A DNA stretch of 64,000 nt from an uncultured Clostridia bacterium (GCA_944372465.1 CALVZG010000034.1:8832-72831); one strand, 5' to 3'; positions 30,236-38,959 are shown, counted from the first letter of the stretch. Numbers and translations are program-made. Notes: generated from the sequence alone by a model not told the origin.

Positions 30236-31330
30236 ATGAAAATTGGTGTTGTTGGATTGCCTAATGTAGGTAAAAGTACTCTTTTTAATGCTATAACTAA
30301 TGCTGGTGCTGAAAGTGCAAACTATCCTTTCTGCACTATTGAACCTAATATTGGTATTGTTGATGTCCCAGACAAGCGTCTTGAAGTATTGGGAAAACTT
30401 TACAATACTCAAAAAATCACCCCTGCCTCCATTGAATTTGTTGATATTGCTGGACTTGTTGCAGGGGCTAGTAAAGGCGAAGGCTTGGGAAATAAATTCT
30501 TAAGTCATATTCGTGAAGTTGATGCTATTGTTCATGTTGTCAGATGTTTTGATAATGAAAAAATTATTCATGTAAATGGTTCTATTAATCCCCTACGCGA
30601 CATTGAAATTATAAATCTTGAACTCGCTCTCGCAGACCTTGAACAAGTAAATAAGTTACTTGAAAAAAATTCAAAACTTGTTAAGACGGGAGATAAAAGT
30701 TTGATTTTTACAGTTGAGTTACTTAAAAAAATCAATCAGGCTCTTGAAAACAATTTGCCTGCTAGGTCTGTTAAACTTGAAAGTGAGGAAGAAGAAAAAA
30801 TTATGAAAAATCTTCAACTTCTTACTGCTAAACCTGTGATATATGTTGCTAATATTAGTGAAGATGATGTTGGAAAAGAAGAAAACAAATATGTCAATGA
30901 TGTTAAAAATTTCGCTGTTAAAGAAGGGGCTAAAACAATTTGTTTGTCTGCAAAAATAGAAGAAGAACTTGCCGGACTTGCCCCTGACGAACGAGATATT
31001 TTTAAAAAGGAACTTGGAATTAATGAAAGTGGTCTTGAAAAACTTGTTGCAACAAGTTATGACCTTTTAGGGCTTATGTCTTTTTTAACTGCTGGAGAAA
31101 AAGAAGTACGGGCTTGGACAATTAAAAAAGGTACTAAAGCACCTCAAGCGGCTGGCAAAATTCATACCGATTTTGAAAAAGGATTTATTAAAGCAGAAGT
31201 TGTTTCTTATAATGATTTGGTTGAAGCAGGCTCATTCTTAAAAGCAAAAGAGAAAGGTAAAGTTAGAATGGAAGGTAAAGATTATATTGTTCAAGACGGT
31301 GATGTAATGCTCTTTAGGTTTAATGTTTAA
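30236..31330 (+). CDS. ychF: redox-regulated ribosome-binding ATPase YchF
   Basis: MKIGVVGLPNVGKSTLFNAIT..ANYPFCTIEPNIG.. with the C-terminal TGS-like DGDVMLFRFNV. The start is set at 30236 (RBS AAGGAA) rather than the track's 30203. Confidence 0.93.
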   Translation: MKIGVVGLPNVGKSTLFNAITNAGAESANYPFCTIEPNIGIVDVPDKRLEVLGKLYNTQKITPASIEFVDIAGLVAGASKGEGLGNKFLSHIREVDAIVHVVRCFDNEKIIHVNGSINPLRDIEIINLELALADLEQVNKLLEKNSKLVKTGDKSLIFTVELLKKINQALENNLPARSVKLESEEEEKIMKNLQLLTAKPVIYVANISEDDVGKEENKYVNDVKNFAVKEGAKTICLSAKIEEELAGLAPDERDIFKKELGINESGLEKLVATSYDLLGLMSFLTAGEKEVRAWTIKKGTKAPQAAGKIHTDFEKGFIKAEVVSYNDLVEAGSFLKAKEKGKVRMEGKDYIVQDGDVMLFRFNV

Positions 31331-31403
31331 TTACAATTAAAAAATTATGTTTTATCTTAAGTTTATATTTTTATATTATTTTTTAAATTATTAATACCTA
31401 TGC

Positions 31404-31436
31404 AATACAAAAGATTTTCTTTTGTATTTTTTTATT
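31404..31436 (+). terminator. rho-independent terminator after ychF
   Basis: Hairpin AATACAAAAG-ATTTT-CTTTTGTATT followed by a T-run. Confidence 0.7.
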
Positions 31437-31513
31437 TATTTTTAAAATTATTTTTTTATTTTTATTTAATCTCTTTATCTTTTTTTATATTTATTTTATA
31501 ATAATAAAAAGGA

Positions 31514-31927
31514 TTGAATATGTTTGAAATAAAAGAAAATAAATTATTATTAGATAAAATTTTAAAATCTAACTTATTGCCATTAGCCTTTATCGGAGAT
31601 AGTGTGCACACCCTTTTTGTTCGAGAATATTGTTTAATAAAATATGATTGCAAAATGCAAAATTATCATAATGAGGCTTCCAAATTTTGCAAGGCTTCTG
31701 CTCAAGCTAAAGTTTTAAATCAATTAATACCCTTGTTAAATGATGATGAAAGTGAAATTGTTAGGCGTGGCCGAAATGCAAGACCTAAACATCAAGCAAA
31801 AAATGCAAGTTCTGCTGATTATTCTTTTGCTACCGCTTTTGAAATCCTTGTTGGATATTTATATTTAAAAGGTGAAACAAAAAGGCTTGAAGAAATTCTT
31901 AATAAATCTATTACATTAAACTTTTAA
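31514..31927 (+). CDS. mrnC: Mini-ribonuclease 3 (Mini-III)
   Basis: LAFIGDSVHTLFVREY.. and ..RGRNARPKHQAKNAS..YSFATAFEILVGYLYL. Its position upstream of rlmB-sigH matches Bacillus. Confidence 0.85.
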   Translation: MNMFEIKENKLLLDKILKSNLLPLAFIGDSVHTLFVREYCLIKYDCKMQNYHNEASKFCKASAQAKVLNQLIPLLNDDESEIVRRGRNARPKHQAKNASSADYSFATAFEILVGYLYLKGETKRLEEILNKSITLNF

Positions 31928-32082
31928 AAATCAATTAAATTATTAATCATTTTTTATTCATTTTGCTATTTGAATTTAAATATTTTTAATTAAATATTTT
32001 TCATTTGTTTTACTAATTTTATTTATTTGACTTTATTTGATATTTATTGTAAAATATATCCAAATTTTAAAAGGATTTAATT

Positions 32083-32808
32083 ATGTATATTGAAGGAAAA
32101 AACGCAATCAAGCAGGCGTTAGAGGCAAATATTACTATCAATAAAATTTTAGTAGACAAAAATATACAAGGTAGAAAAGATGATATTATCAATTTGGCGG
32201 CAAAACAAAATATTAAATTTGAATTTGTCCCTAAAATTGTGCTGGATAAAAAATCTAAAACAGGTCATCATCAAGGTTATATTGCGGAAAGTGTTGATTT
32301 TAATTATTGCAATTTGCAAGACATTCTTGATAAGGCTAAAAAATTAAATCAAAAACCTTTTATAGTTTTACTTGATGGTATAGAAGACCCTCATAATTTT
32401 GGTGCTATTATCCGTTCTTGTGAATGTGCAGGCGTTCATGGTATTATTATTCCCAAAAATAGAGCCGTCCAAGTTAATGAAACTGTTATTAGAACAAGTA
32501 CGGGGGCTATTTCTAATATGCTGATTGCAAAAGTTACAAATTTAAAAGATGCTATTTCTTTTTTGAAAGAAAATGATGTTTGGGTTTATGCGTGCGAAGC
32601 AAATGGGCAAAACATCTATGATAAAAATCTTGACCAAAATATTGCAGTTGTTATAGGCTCTGAAGGATTTGGAGTTAAAAAATCAATTATTCCTTATTGT
32701 GATGGTGTTCTTTCTCTTCCTCTTATGGGAAAAGTCAACTCTCTTAATGCTTCCGTTGCTTGTGGTGTTGTTGTATTTGAAATACTTAGACAAAAACATA
32801 GTAAATGA
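32083..32808 (+). CDS. rlmB: 23S rRNA (guanosine-2'-O)-methyltransferase, SpoU/TrmH family (RlmB/YacO-like)
   Basis: IEGKNAIKQALEAN.. at the N-terminus, and SpoU motifs LDGIEDPHNFGAIIRS, VVIGSEGFGV and SLPLMGKVNSLNASVA. Confidence 0.85.
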   Translation: MYIEGKNAIKQALEANITINKILVDKNIQGRKDDIINLAAKQNIKFEFVPKIVLDKKSKTGHHQGYIAESVDFNYCNLQDILDKAKKLNQKPFIVLLDGIEDPHNFGAIIRSCECAGVHGIIIPKNRAVQVNETVIRTSTGAISNMLIAKVTNLKDAISFLKENDVWVYACEANGQNIYDKNLDQNIAVVIGSEGFGVKKSIIPYCDGVLSLPLMGKVNSLNASVACGVVVFEILRQKHSK

Positions 32809-32815
32809 GGTGAAT

Positions 32816-33409
32816 ATGACTGATGAAGAACTTTCTTTTAAAGCACAAAATGGTGATGAAATTTCAGTTAATGAATTATTAAAAAAATACAAATCTCTAG
32901 TCAATCAAATTGCAAGAAGTTATTTCTTAACTGGAGGAGATATTGAAGATATCGTGCAAGAAGGTATGATTGGGCTTTATAAAGCAATTATGAATTATAA
33001 AAAGGATAAAACTGCTTCTTTTAAAACTTTTGCTAGCACTTGTATTAAGCATCAAATTCAAAGTGCTGTTAGAATTGCAAGTTCTGAAAAAAATAAAATT
33101 CTATCGTCTGCTCTACCTATTATGGAACAATTAAATAACGAAGAAGATGATGAAAAGTCTGAAATTGTTTTTCCTTCTGACTTGCCTTCACCTGATGACA
33201 AAATTTTAGAAAAAGAAAGAATTCAAGAAATTATAAAACATATTCACAATACTCTTTCTCCACTTGAATTTAAAGTGCTTAATCTCTATCTTAAAGGTTA
33301 CAATTATTCTGAAATTTCTAAATTGGGCAACATTTCTAAAAAAAGCATTGATAATGCTTTATCTCGTATTAAAAATAAACTTTCATTTTTAAAAGCAGAC
33401 CATGAATAA
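32816..33409 (+). CDS. sigH: sigma-70-family sigma factor, SigH-like
   Basis: The start is set at ATG 32816 (RBS GAGGTG, overlapping the rlmB TGA stop); the 49 upstream codons in the track are hydrophobic out-of-context sequence overlapping rlmB. Region 2 is DIEDIVQEGMIGLYKAIMNYK. The region 4 HTH is YNYSEISKLGNISKKSIDNALSRIK. Confidence 0.8.
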   Translation: MTDEELSFKAQNGDEISVNELLKKYKSLVNQIARSYFLTGGDIEDIVQEGMIGLYKAIMNYKKDKTASFKTFASTCIKHQIQSAVRIASSEKNKILSSALPIMEQLNNEEDDEKSEIVFPSDLPSPDDKILEKERIQEIIKHIHNTLSPLEFKVLNLYLKGYNYSEISKLGNISKKSIDNALSRIKNKLSFLKADHE

Positions 33410-33549
33410 TCTTTAAAATCTTTAATATTTAATTTATTTTATTTTTAATTTTTTATATTTAAATTTTAATATATTTCGTATATTTTTATTTACTTATTCC
33501 CTCTTTTTTATTATAATATTTCTAATATTTATTTATATAAGGAGTTTTT

Positions 33550-35556
33550 ATGAACGATTTTATTAGACCAAGACCTGAATTTCCAAAACGCGCAGTTATA
33601 ACTTCCGGTATGCCTTATGGCAACAAACTTATTCATTTTGGACATCTAGGCATGATTCTTCGTGCTGATGTTTTTGCAAGATTTATGCGTGATAGAATTG
33701 GTAAAGACAATGTTATCTTCGTTTCTGGCACTGATTGCTATGGCTCGCCTGCTCTTGAAGCATTTAGAAAACTTCAAGAAAGTGGGAATTGTCAATATTC
33801 ATCTATTGTCGAATATGTTGAAGATAACCATATTAAACAAAAAGAAATTTTAGAAAAATTTGAGATTGGCTTTAATCTATTTGCTGCATCTGCTTTAGGA
33901 CGAGCTGGTGAAATACACAAAGAAACAAGTGAGTGGTTTATTAGAAAATTATTTGAAAATGAAATGGTTTCTAAACACTCATCACTACAATTCTATGACA
34001 AAAAAAATAATTGTCTTTTAAATGGTCGTCAAGTTATTGGAAAATGCCCTATCGAAAATTGTCAAAGTGAAAAAGGTTATGCTGATGAATGCGACCTTGG
34101 GCATCAATACTTACCTCAAGACTTAATTGACCCTGTCAGCTCTTTAAGTGGTGAAAGACCTGAACTTGTAAAAATTGAAAATTTATATTTTGATTTACAA
34201 AAATGTACTGATATTCTTAATGATTGGATTAATTCTATAGATAAAAAAAGTGATACTGCTTCTTTTATGGTTAAAGAAATAAAAGAATTCTTTAAAAAGC
34301 CTGAAATTTATATAAAGCGTGAATTTTTTGATGAATTCCATAAAATTAAATATAATCTTCCTCATTTTATAGAACTTGAACGAAATGAAAAGGCTCCATC
34401 AATGACAATAGTTTTTGATAAACTAGAAGATAGAGAAAAAGCTTGTGAAATATTAGCACAAAATAATATTAGATATAGAACAGGCAAAACTCTTACACCT
34501 TTCCGTCTTACTGGCAATATCTCATGGGGTGTTCCTTGTCCTGAAATAGATGGCATAAATGAACAGACATTCTATGTTTGGCCAGAAAGTTTATGGGCTC
34601 CTATTTCATTTACTAAAACTTATCTTGAAAGTATTGGAAAAGACGAAGATGAATGGAAAAAGTATTGGTGCAATAAAGACGCAGTCGTTTATCAATTCTT
34701 GGGTGAAGACAACATATATTTCTATGGCCCAGCACAACAGGCTATGTGGCTTTACACACAAGGCAAAAATCCTGTTCTTGACCCAGAAAACGGACAACTT
34801 AGGCTTACAAAAATCAACCCTATAAAATCTATTCTTTATATGAACAAAAAGGCAAGTTCGTCTGGTTCTATAAAGCCACCTATGGCAAGTGAATTTCTAG
34901 AGCACTATACTGCTGAACAAATTAGAATGCATTTCCTTGCAATGAATCTTGTTAATAATAATGTTTCACTTTCACCTAAAGCTTTTGACCCTGACGCAAA
35001 TGATGATGAAATTGACCCTGTTGTTAAAGAGGGCAACCTTCTTACAAATGTTTATAATCGAATTTTGCGAACTATATTCTATTCTACACAAAGTCATTTT
35101 GATGGAGTTATTCCTCAAGCCGTCATTGATGCATCGACATTTGAAGAATGTAAAAAAGTTATATTAAATGTAGAAAAATTTATGTATGACAAAAAATTCC
35201 ACCAAGTATACAATGCTCTCGATGTTTTTATTAGAAATATCAACAAATATTGGGTTAAAGAAATAAATAACTGCGTTACAGAAGAAAAACTTGCTCATCT
35301 TACTGTCAACGCTATGCAAATGATTTTTGTTGCAAATACCCTTCTTCACCCTATTGCACCAAGCGGTACTGAAAATGTTGCAGACTACATTGGATTTGAC
35401 AAAGAAAAATGTTTTGATTGGAATTATATATTTGATAGTTATGAAAATGTGCTTGATAAAAACAAAAATAGGCAAATAAAAACATTAAAACCAAAAGAAG
35501 ATTTCTTTAAGCGTCATCAAACTCAACTTGATGAACTAGCAAAGAAAAATAATTAA
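33550..35556 (+). CDS. metG: methionine--tRNA ligase
   Basis: Class I HIGH region MPYGNKLIHFGHLG..ADVFARFMRDRIG..VSGTDCYGSPA. Zinc knuckle GKCPIENCQSEKGYADECDLGH. The KMSKS-equivalent is MNKKASSSGS. Confidence 0.85.
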   Translation: MNDFIRPRPEFPKRAVITSGMPYGNKLIHFGHLGMILRADVFARFMRDRIGKDNVIFVSGTDCYGSPALEAFRKLQESGNCQYSSIVEYVEDNHIKQKEILEKFEIGFNLFAASALGRAGEIHKETSEWFIRKLFENEMVSKHSSLQFYDKKNNCLLNGRQVIGKCPIENCQSEKGYADECDLGHQYLPQDLIDPVSSLSGERPELVKIENLYFDLQKCTDILNDWINSIDKKSDTASFMVKEIKEFFKKPEIYIKREFFDEFHKIKYNLPHFIELERNEKAPSMTIVFDKLEDREKACEILAQNNIRYRTGKTLTPFRLTGNISWGVPCPEIDGINEQTFYVWPESLWAPISFTKTYLESIGKDEDEWKKYWCNKDAVVYQFLGEDNIYFYGPAQQAMWLYTQGKNPVLDPENGQLRLTKINPIKSILYMNKKASSSGSIKPPMASEFLEHYTAEQIRMHFLAMNLVNNNVSLSPKAFDPDANDDEIDPVVKEGNLLTNVYNRILRTIFYSTQSHFDGVIPQAVIDASTFEECKKVILNVEKFMYDKKFHQVYNALDVFIRNINKYWVKEINNCVTEEKLAHLTVNAMQMIFVANTLLHPIAPSGTENVADYIGFDKEKCFDWNYIFDSYENVLDKNKNRQIKTLKPKEDFFKRHQTQLDELAKKNN

Positions 35557-35566
35557 GAAAATAAAT

Positions 35567-35590
35567 GAAGGTTCATGGTAACCTTCTTTT
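35567..35590 (+). terminator. rho-independent terminator after metG
   Basis: Hairpin GAAGGTT-CATGGT-AACCTTC followed by TTTT. Confidence 0.65.
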
Positions 35591-35647
35591 ATTTTATTAA
35601 AACATTATTTATAAAATATTTTTTAAAAATTAAATTTAAAAAATATC

Positions 35648-35676
35648 TTGACATCAAATTATTTTTGTTTTATTAT
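35648..35676 (+). promoter_or_regulatory. sigma-A-type promoter of the leader/ABC transcription unit
   Basis: TTGACA (35648-35653), a 17-nt spacer, then TATTAT (35671-35676). Confidence 0.55.
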
Positions 35677-35726
35677 AATGATGTCGATTGAAAAAATTAA
35701 TTTTAAAAAAGGAGAATCATTTAAAA

Positions 35727-35807
35727 ATGGAAAAGAAATTTTCAACAAAATTAAACAATTTAATAAACATTATTATCCATACGAGTGGTTCTTCTTTTAG
35801 GGAATAA
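35727..35807 (+). CDS. candidate 26-aa leader peptide (MEKKFSTKLNNLINIIIHTSGSSFRE)
   Basis: AAGGAGA RBS at 35709-35715 and ATG at 35727. The ORF ends 30 nt before the terminator/RBS-sequestering hairpin. An overlapping alternative 39-aa frame (35681-35800) also exists. Confidence 0.4.
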   Translation: MEKKFSTKLNNLINIIIHTSGSSFRE

Positions 35808-35836
35808 TTTTAGCACTCAAAATTAGTTTTTAAAAC

Positions 35837-35874
35837 AAAAACCTTCGTATGCAAAATTTAATACGGAGGTTTTT
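35837..35874 (+). terminator. attenuator hairpin: an intrinsic-terminator-like stem whose 3' arm contains the ABC gene's GGAGG RBS
   Basis: AAAACCTTCGTAT (35838-35850) pairs with ATACGGAGGTTTT (35861-35873) in 13 bp including one G-U. A T-run leads directly into ATG 35875. Confidence 0.6.
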
Positions 35875-37680
35875 ATGAAAAATAATAAAGATAAAATAAC
35901 CTTAAATTTTTACTTAAAAAAATACAAGTTCGGTATTTCAATGTATATCTTGGTGTATATAATTGCTTCAACAGCAAATATTTTTATGACCATTTTACTA
36001 GCAAAAGCCATTGAACAAATAACACTCAATATGTTTAAAAGTGCCATGATAACTCTTGCAATTGTTGCAGGTCTTTATATTGTGCGTCGATTATCGTGGT
36101 ATTTATCAGGTATTATATATATCAAATACGCAAATAAAATTATGTCTGACTTAAATGTTGATTTGGCTGAACAAGTCTTTAAACTTAATTCGAAATCTTA
36201 TATAGACAATGACACTGGAACATTTGTTCAACGAATTGTCAACGACCCAGAACAAATTGTTGCCAACTTATCAAATATTGTTGACCTTTCAACTAATATT
36301 ATCTCTTCCCTTATTATGGTTATTTATATTTCATCTCTTAACCTATATATAGGGCTTACTCTTTTTGGTATTGTAACTACTTGTTTATTACTAGAATATT
36401 TTAGAATTAAAACATTACGAAAAAATGAAAAATTGACAAGACAGAAAAATGATAAAATTTATTCACTTACAACCGAGATTGTAAGAAGCGAAAAGGATAT
36501 TAAGGCACTTGGACTTGAAAAATCTTTAAGCAAAGTTTCAAGAGAATATTATATTGATTATACACACACAAATGCCAAAAAAGACCTTGTGAATATGAAT
36601 TTTTATTCTTCACGCAACTTTATTATTGAAATTTTAGGTGTGCTTATTCTTATTTTAGGAATTCATTTTATTGATATTGGAACGATAACACTTGCTACAT
36701 TTATGATTATTTATTCTAATAACGATAATCTTTATTCGCTTATATGGGGATTTGGAGAAATCTCTACAACTTTTGTTGAAATAAGAGTCTGTTCGGAGAG
36801 AATGTTCTCTATCTTCAATAATGATATCTTTGAATGTGAAAAGTTTGGGAATATCAAAATGGAAAACATTAAAGGTGCAATTGAATTTAAAAATGTAGGT
36901 TATTCTTATATAGAATATGATAACCCTTTTGAAGATGAAAACAATTTAAAATTGAAAAAGAAAGATAGATTAAACTTAAAAAAGAAAGTCCTTTCAGTAA
37001 ATAAAATTTTTGACAAACTTTCTTTTAAAATTCAACCTAATACCACAGTTGCATTCGTTGGGAAATCCGGTTCTGGAAAATCTACAATATTAAATCTCAT
37101 GAGCAAAATGTTTGTAGTTGATGAAGGTCAAGTTCTTATAGATGGAGTAAATATTAATGACTTTGATAAAGAATCTCTTCGAAACAATATCTCCCTTGTT
37201 AACCAATTCCCATATATTTTCGATATGACAATAAAAGAAAATTTATTGCTAGCAAAAAACGATGCAACCGATGAAGAAATCTATCAAGCGATTGAAAAAG
37301 CTTCACTAAAAGAATTTATTGAATCATTGCCAAAGAAAATAGAAACAAAAGTGGGCGAAAGTGGCATAAAACTTTCTGGAGGACAAAAACAAAGACTTGC
37401 AATAGCAAGAGCTTTCCTTAGAAACTCACCTATTATCATCTTTGACGAAAGCACAAGCTCTCTTGATAACTTTGCCCAAGAAGATATTAAGCATAGTATT
37501 GACCAAATGAAAGGAAAAAGCACAATTGTTATTGTTGCTCATAGATTGTCAACAATTCGCAATGTTGATAAAATCTTTTTCCTTGATGATGGAAAAATTG
37601 AAGATGTTGGAACATTCGATGAACTTTTTGAAGACAATATTAAATTTAAAAATATGTTCTATGCCGAAAATTTAAATTAA
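35875..37680 (+). CDS. ABC exporter, fused permease/ATPase (type I exporter half-transporter)
   Basis: Six predicted TM segments in the N-terminal half. Walker A GKSGSGKST, signature LSGGQKQR, Walker B IIIFDEST, and H-loop VAHRLSTI. Confidence 0.9.
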   Translation: MKNNKDKITLNFYLKKYKFGISMYILVYIIASTANIFMTILLAKAIEQITLNMFKSAMITLAIVAGLYIVRRLSWYLSGIIYIKYANKIMSDLNVDLAEQVFKLNSKSYIDNDTGTFVQRIVNDPEQIVANLSNIVDLSTNIISSLIMVIYISSLNLYIGLTLFGIVTTCLLLEYFRIKTLRKNEKLTRQKNDKIYSLTTEIVRSEKDIKALGLEKSLSKVSREYYIDYTHTNAKKDLVNMNFYSSRNFIIEILGVLILILGIHFIDIGTITLATFMIIYSNNDNLYSLIWGFGEISTTFVEIRVCSERMFSIFNNDIFECEKFGNIKMENIKGAIEFKNVGYSYIEYDNPFEDENNLKLKKKDRLNLKKKVLSVNKIFDKLSFKIQPNTTVAFVGKSGSGKSTILNLMSKMFVVDEGQVLIDGVNINDFDKESLRNNISLVNQFPYIFDMTIKENLLLAKNDATDEEIYQAIEKASLKEFIESLPKKIETKVGESGIKLSGGQKQRLAIARAFLRNSPIIIFDESTSSLDNFAQEDIKHSIDQMKGKSTIVIVAHRLSTIRNVDKIFFLDDGKIEDVGTFDELFEDNIKFKNMFYAENLN

Positions 37681-37743
37681 GAAAAGCGAAAGAAGTAATA
37701 AATTTTATAAAAAAGACTAGAAATTTTGCTAGTCTTTTTCAAT

Positions 37744-37985
37744 TGGTTGCGGGAGTTATGTGAACCACTCCCGACATCGAGGTTATATCTTCGCTTCGCT
37801 TGATATATCCCGAAACTCTTTTAGATTTATTAAAAAAGGCTAGCGATTTGCTAGCCTTCCCTCTTGGTTGCGGGAATCTTGTGAACCACTCCCGACATCG
37901 AGGTTATATCTTCGCTTCGCTTGATATATCCCGAAACTCTTTTAGATTTATTAAAAAAGGCTAGCGATTTGCTAGCCTTCCCTCT
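37744..37985 (-). repeat. two 121-nt tandem tRNA-linked repeat units (pseudo-tRNA body ending ..TCCCGCAACCA plus its own terminator)
   Basis: The units at 37744-37864 and 37865-37985 are identical at 118 of 121 positions. Each starts (plus strand) with TGGTTGCGGGA, the complement of the tRNA-fMet 3' end. Each contains terminator hairpin GGCTAGC-GATTT-GCTAGCC. The period to the true tRNA (37986) is also exactly 121. Confidence 0.85.
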
Positions 37986-38062
37986 TGGTTGCGGGAGTTG
38001 GATTTGAACCAACGACCTTCGGGTTATGAGCCCGACGAGCTTCCGAGCTGCTCTATCCCGCG
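37986..38062 (-). tRNA. initiator tRNA-fMet (anticodon CAT), CCA encoded
   Basis: Reverse complement is CGCGGGATAGAGCAGCTCGGAAGCTCGTCGGGCTCATAACCCGAAGGTCGTTGGTTCAAATCCAACTCCCGCAACCA. It has the C1-A72 mismatch and three G-C pairs closing the anticodon stem, both initiator hallmarks. Confidence 0.92.
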
Positions 38063-38091
38063 ATACTATAATACTTTCTATCAACATATAT

Positions 38092-38120
38092 AGTATATGC
38101 ACTTTCTTAAAGTTTGTCAA
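38092..38120 (-). promoter_or_regulatory. sigma-A-type promoter for tRNA-fMet
   Basis: On the minus strand: TTGACA (38120-38115), a 17-nt spacer, then TATACT (38097-38092), about 30 nt upstream of the tRNA 5' end. Confidence 0.55.
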
Positions 38121-38213
38121 TACTTTTTTATTAAAATTTTGTAATTATTTGTTTTATATTGCTGTTAATATATTTTTTATCATTTTTAAGTTTATTTTTA
38201 TTCCTCTTTTTTA

Positions 38214-38882
38214 TTAACTATATAAGTATATCGAAATTATAAATAATATCATCGCTATCGTTTTAAGCTCAATACAAACTACTGTTTTTGTTTTACTTTC
38301 ATTTACAAATTGCATCAACAATTCTTCTATCAACAAGAGTGCTATTGATGCCAATGTTGTAATTGCACTTATAAAATGTTTTGTTGCAATTATACTATTA
38401 ATTCCAAAACCAACCGCAATACCAAGTGCAATATAAATTAAAATTGTAGGCAAAATTATAGATAATTTTTTATGCTTTTTTATTATCAATACTAATAACC
38501 CTAGCCCTAACCCTAATAAAACACCTCCTACAAGAGATAGAATATTAAATTCTGCTAGCGACATTATACTTAAAGCAAATGCAAGATAGATTAGTGCATT
38601 GCTTACACCACCTATTATATTTCTTGCATTCTCATTTTGCACTGCACTTGTTTGTAAACTTTCATAAAATAATGATATTGCTGTTCCTATAGCAACAAAA
38701 AGCGAAAAAGCATTGATGACTGATGTAAGATTTATCGTTATTATTGAATAGATAAGCAAAAACAAACTCGTAAGTGTTCTTACTAAAAAACCTTGCCAAT
38801 CACCACTTTTTTCCCAAACTGAATACATTATACTCATGCTTAAGCATACTACACCCATAAGCACTATTGGAATTATTATCAT
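38214..38882 (-). CDS. polytopic membrane protein (about 7 TM), unassigned
   Basis: Hydrophobic throughout, with no motif I can name. Confidence 0.55.
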   Translation of the reverse strand: MIIIPIVLMGVVCLSMSIMYSVWEKSGDWQGFLVRTLTSLFLLIYSIITINLTSVINAFSLFVAIGTAISLFYESLQTSAVQNENARNIIGGVSNALIYLAFALSIMSLAEFNILSLVGGVLLGLGLGLLVLIIKKHKKLSIILPTILIYIALGIAVGFGINSIIATKHFISAITTLASIALLLIEELLMQFVNESKTKTVVCIELKTIAMILFIISIYLYS

Positions 38883-38959
38883 AGTTATATTTTAACCCAA
38901 AATTATAATAAAAACAAAACATTTTAAATATTTTTTTTAAAATATCACAAAATATTTCT

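Noticed and set aside
32669-32815. 49-codon N-terminal extension of the sigma-factor ORF in the track
   Set aside because: It overlaps the end of rlmB in another frame and translates to hydrophobic nonsense. A GAGGTG RBS precedes ATG 32816, where the sigma-70 region 2 homology context begins.
33410-33549. T-box leaders upstream of metG (also examined upstream of hisS at 48830-49044)
   Set aside because: The spacers are too short or lack the specifier-loop, AGAGA and T-box (TGGTACCGCG-like) sequences.
37744-37985. Possible CRISPR array, given the regular 121-nt spacing
   Set aside because: Only two units are present and the sequences between the repeats are identical rather than unique spacers. 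The repeat is the tRNA 3' end, and there are no cas genes.
37851-38120. 89-aa minus-strand ORF from the track
   Set aside because: It is built entirely from the tRNA-fMet gene, the tRNA-linked repeat and terminator hairpins. It has no RBS, so it is spurious.
37681-38213. Integrated mobile element at the tRNA-fMet 3' end
   Set aside because: No integrase, excisionase or phage gene sits on either side. The duplicated tRNA ends are 121 nt apart, not kilobases apart.
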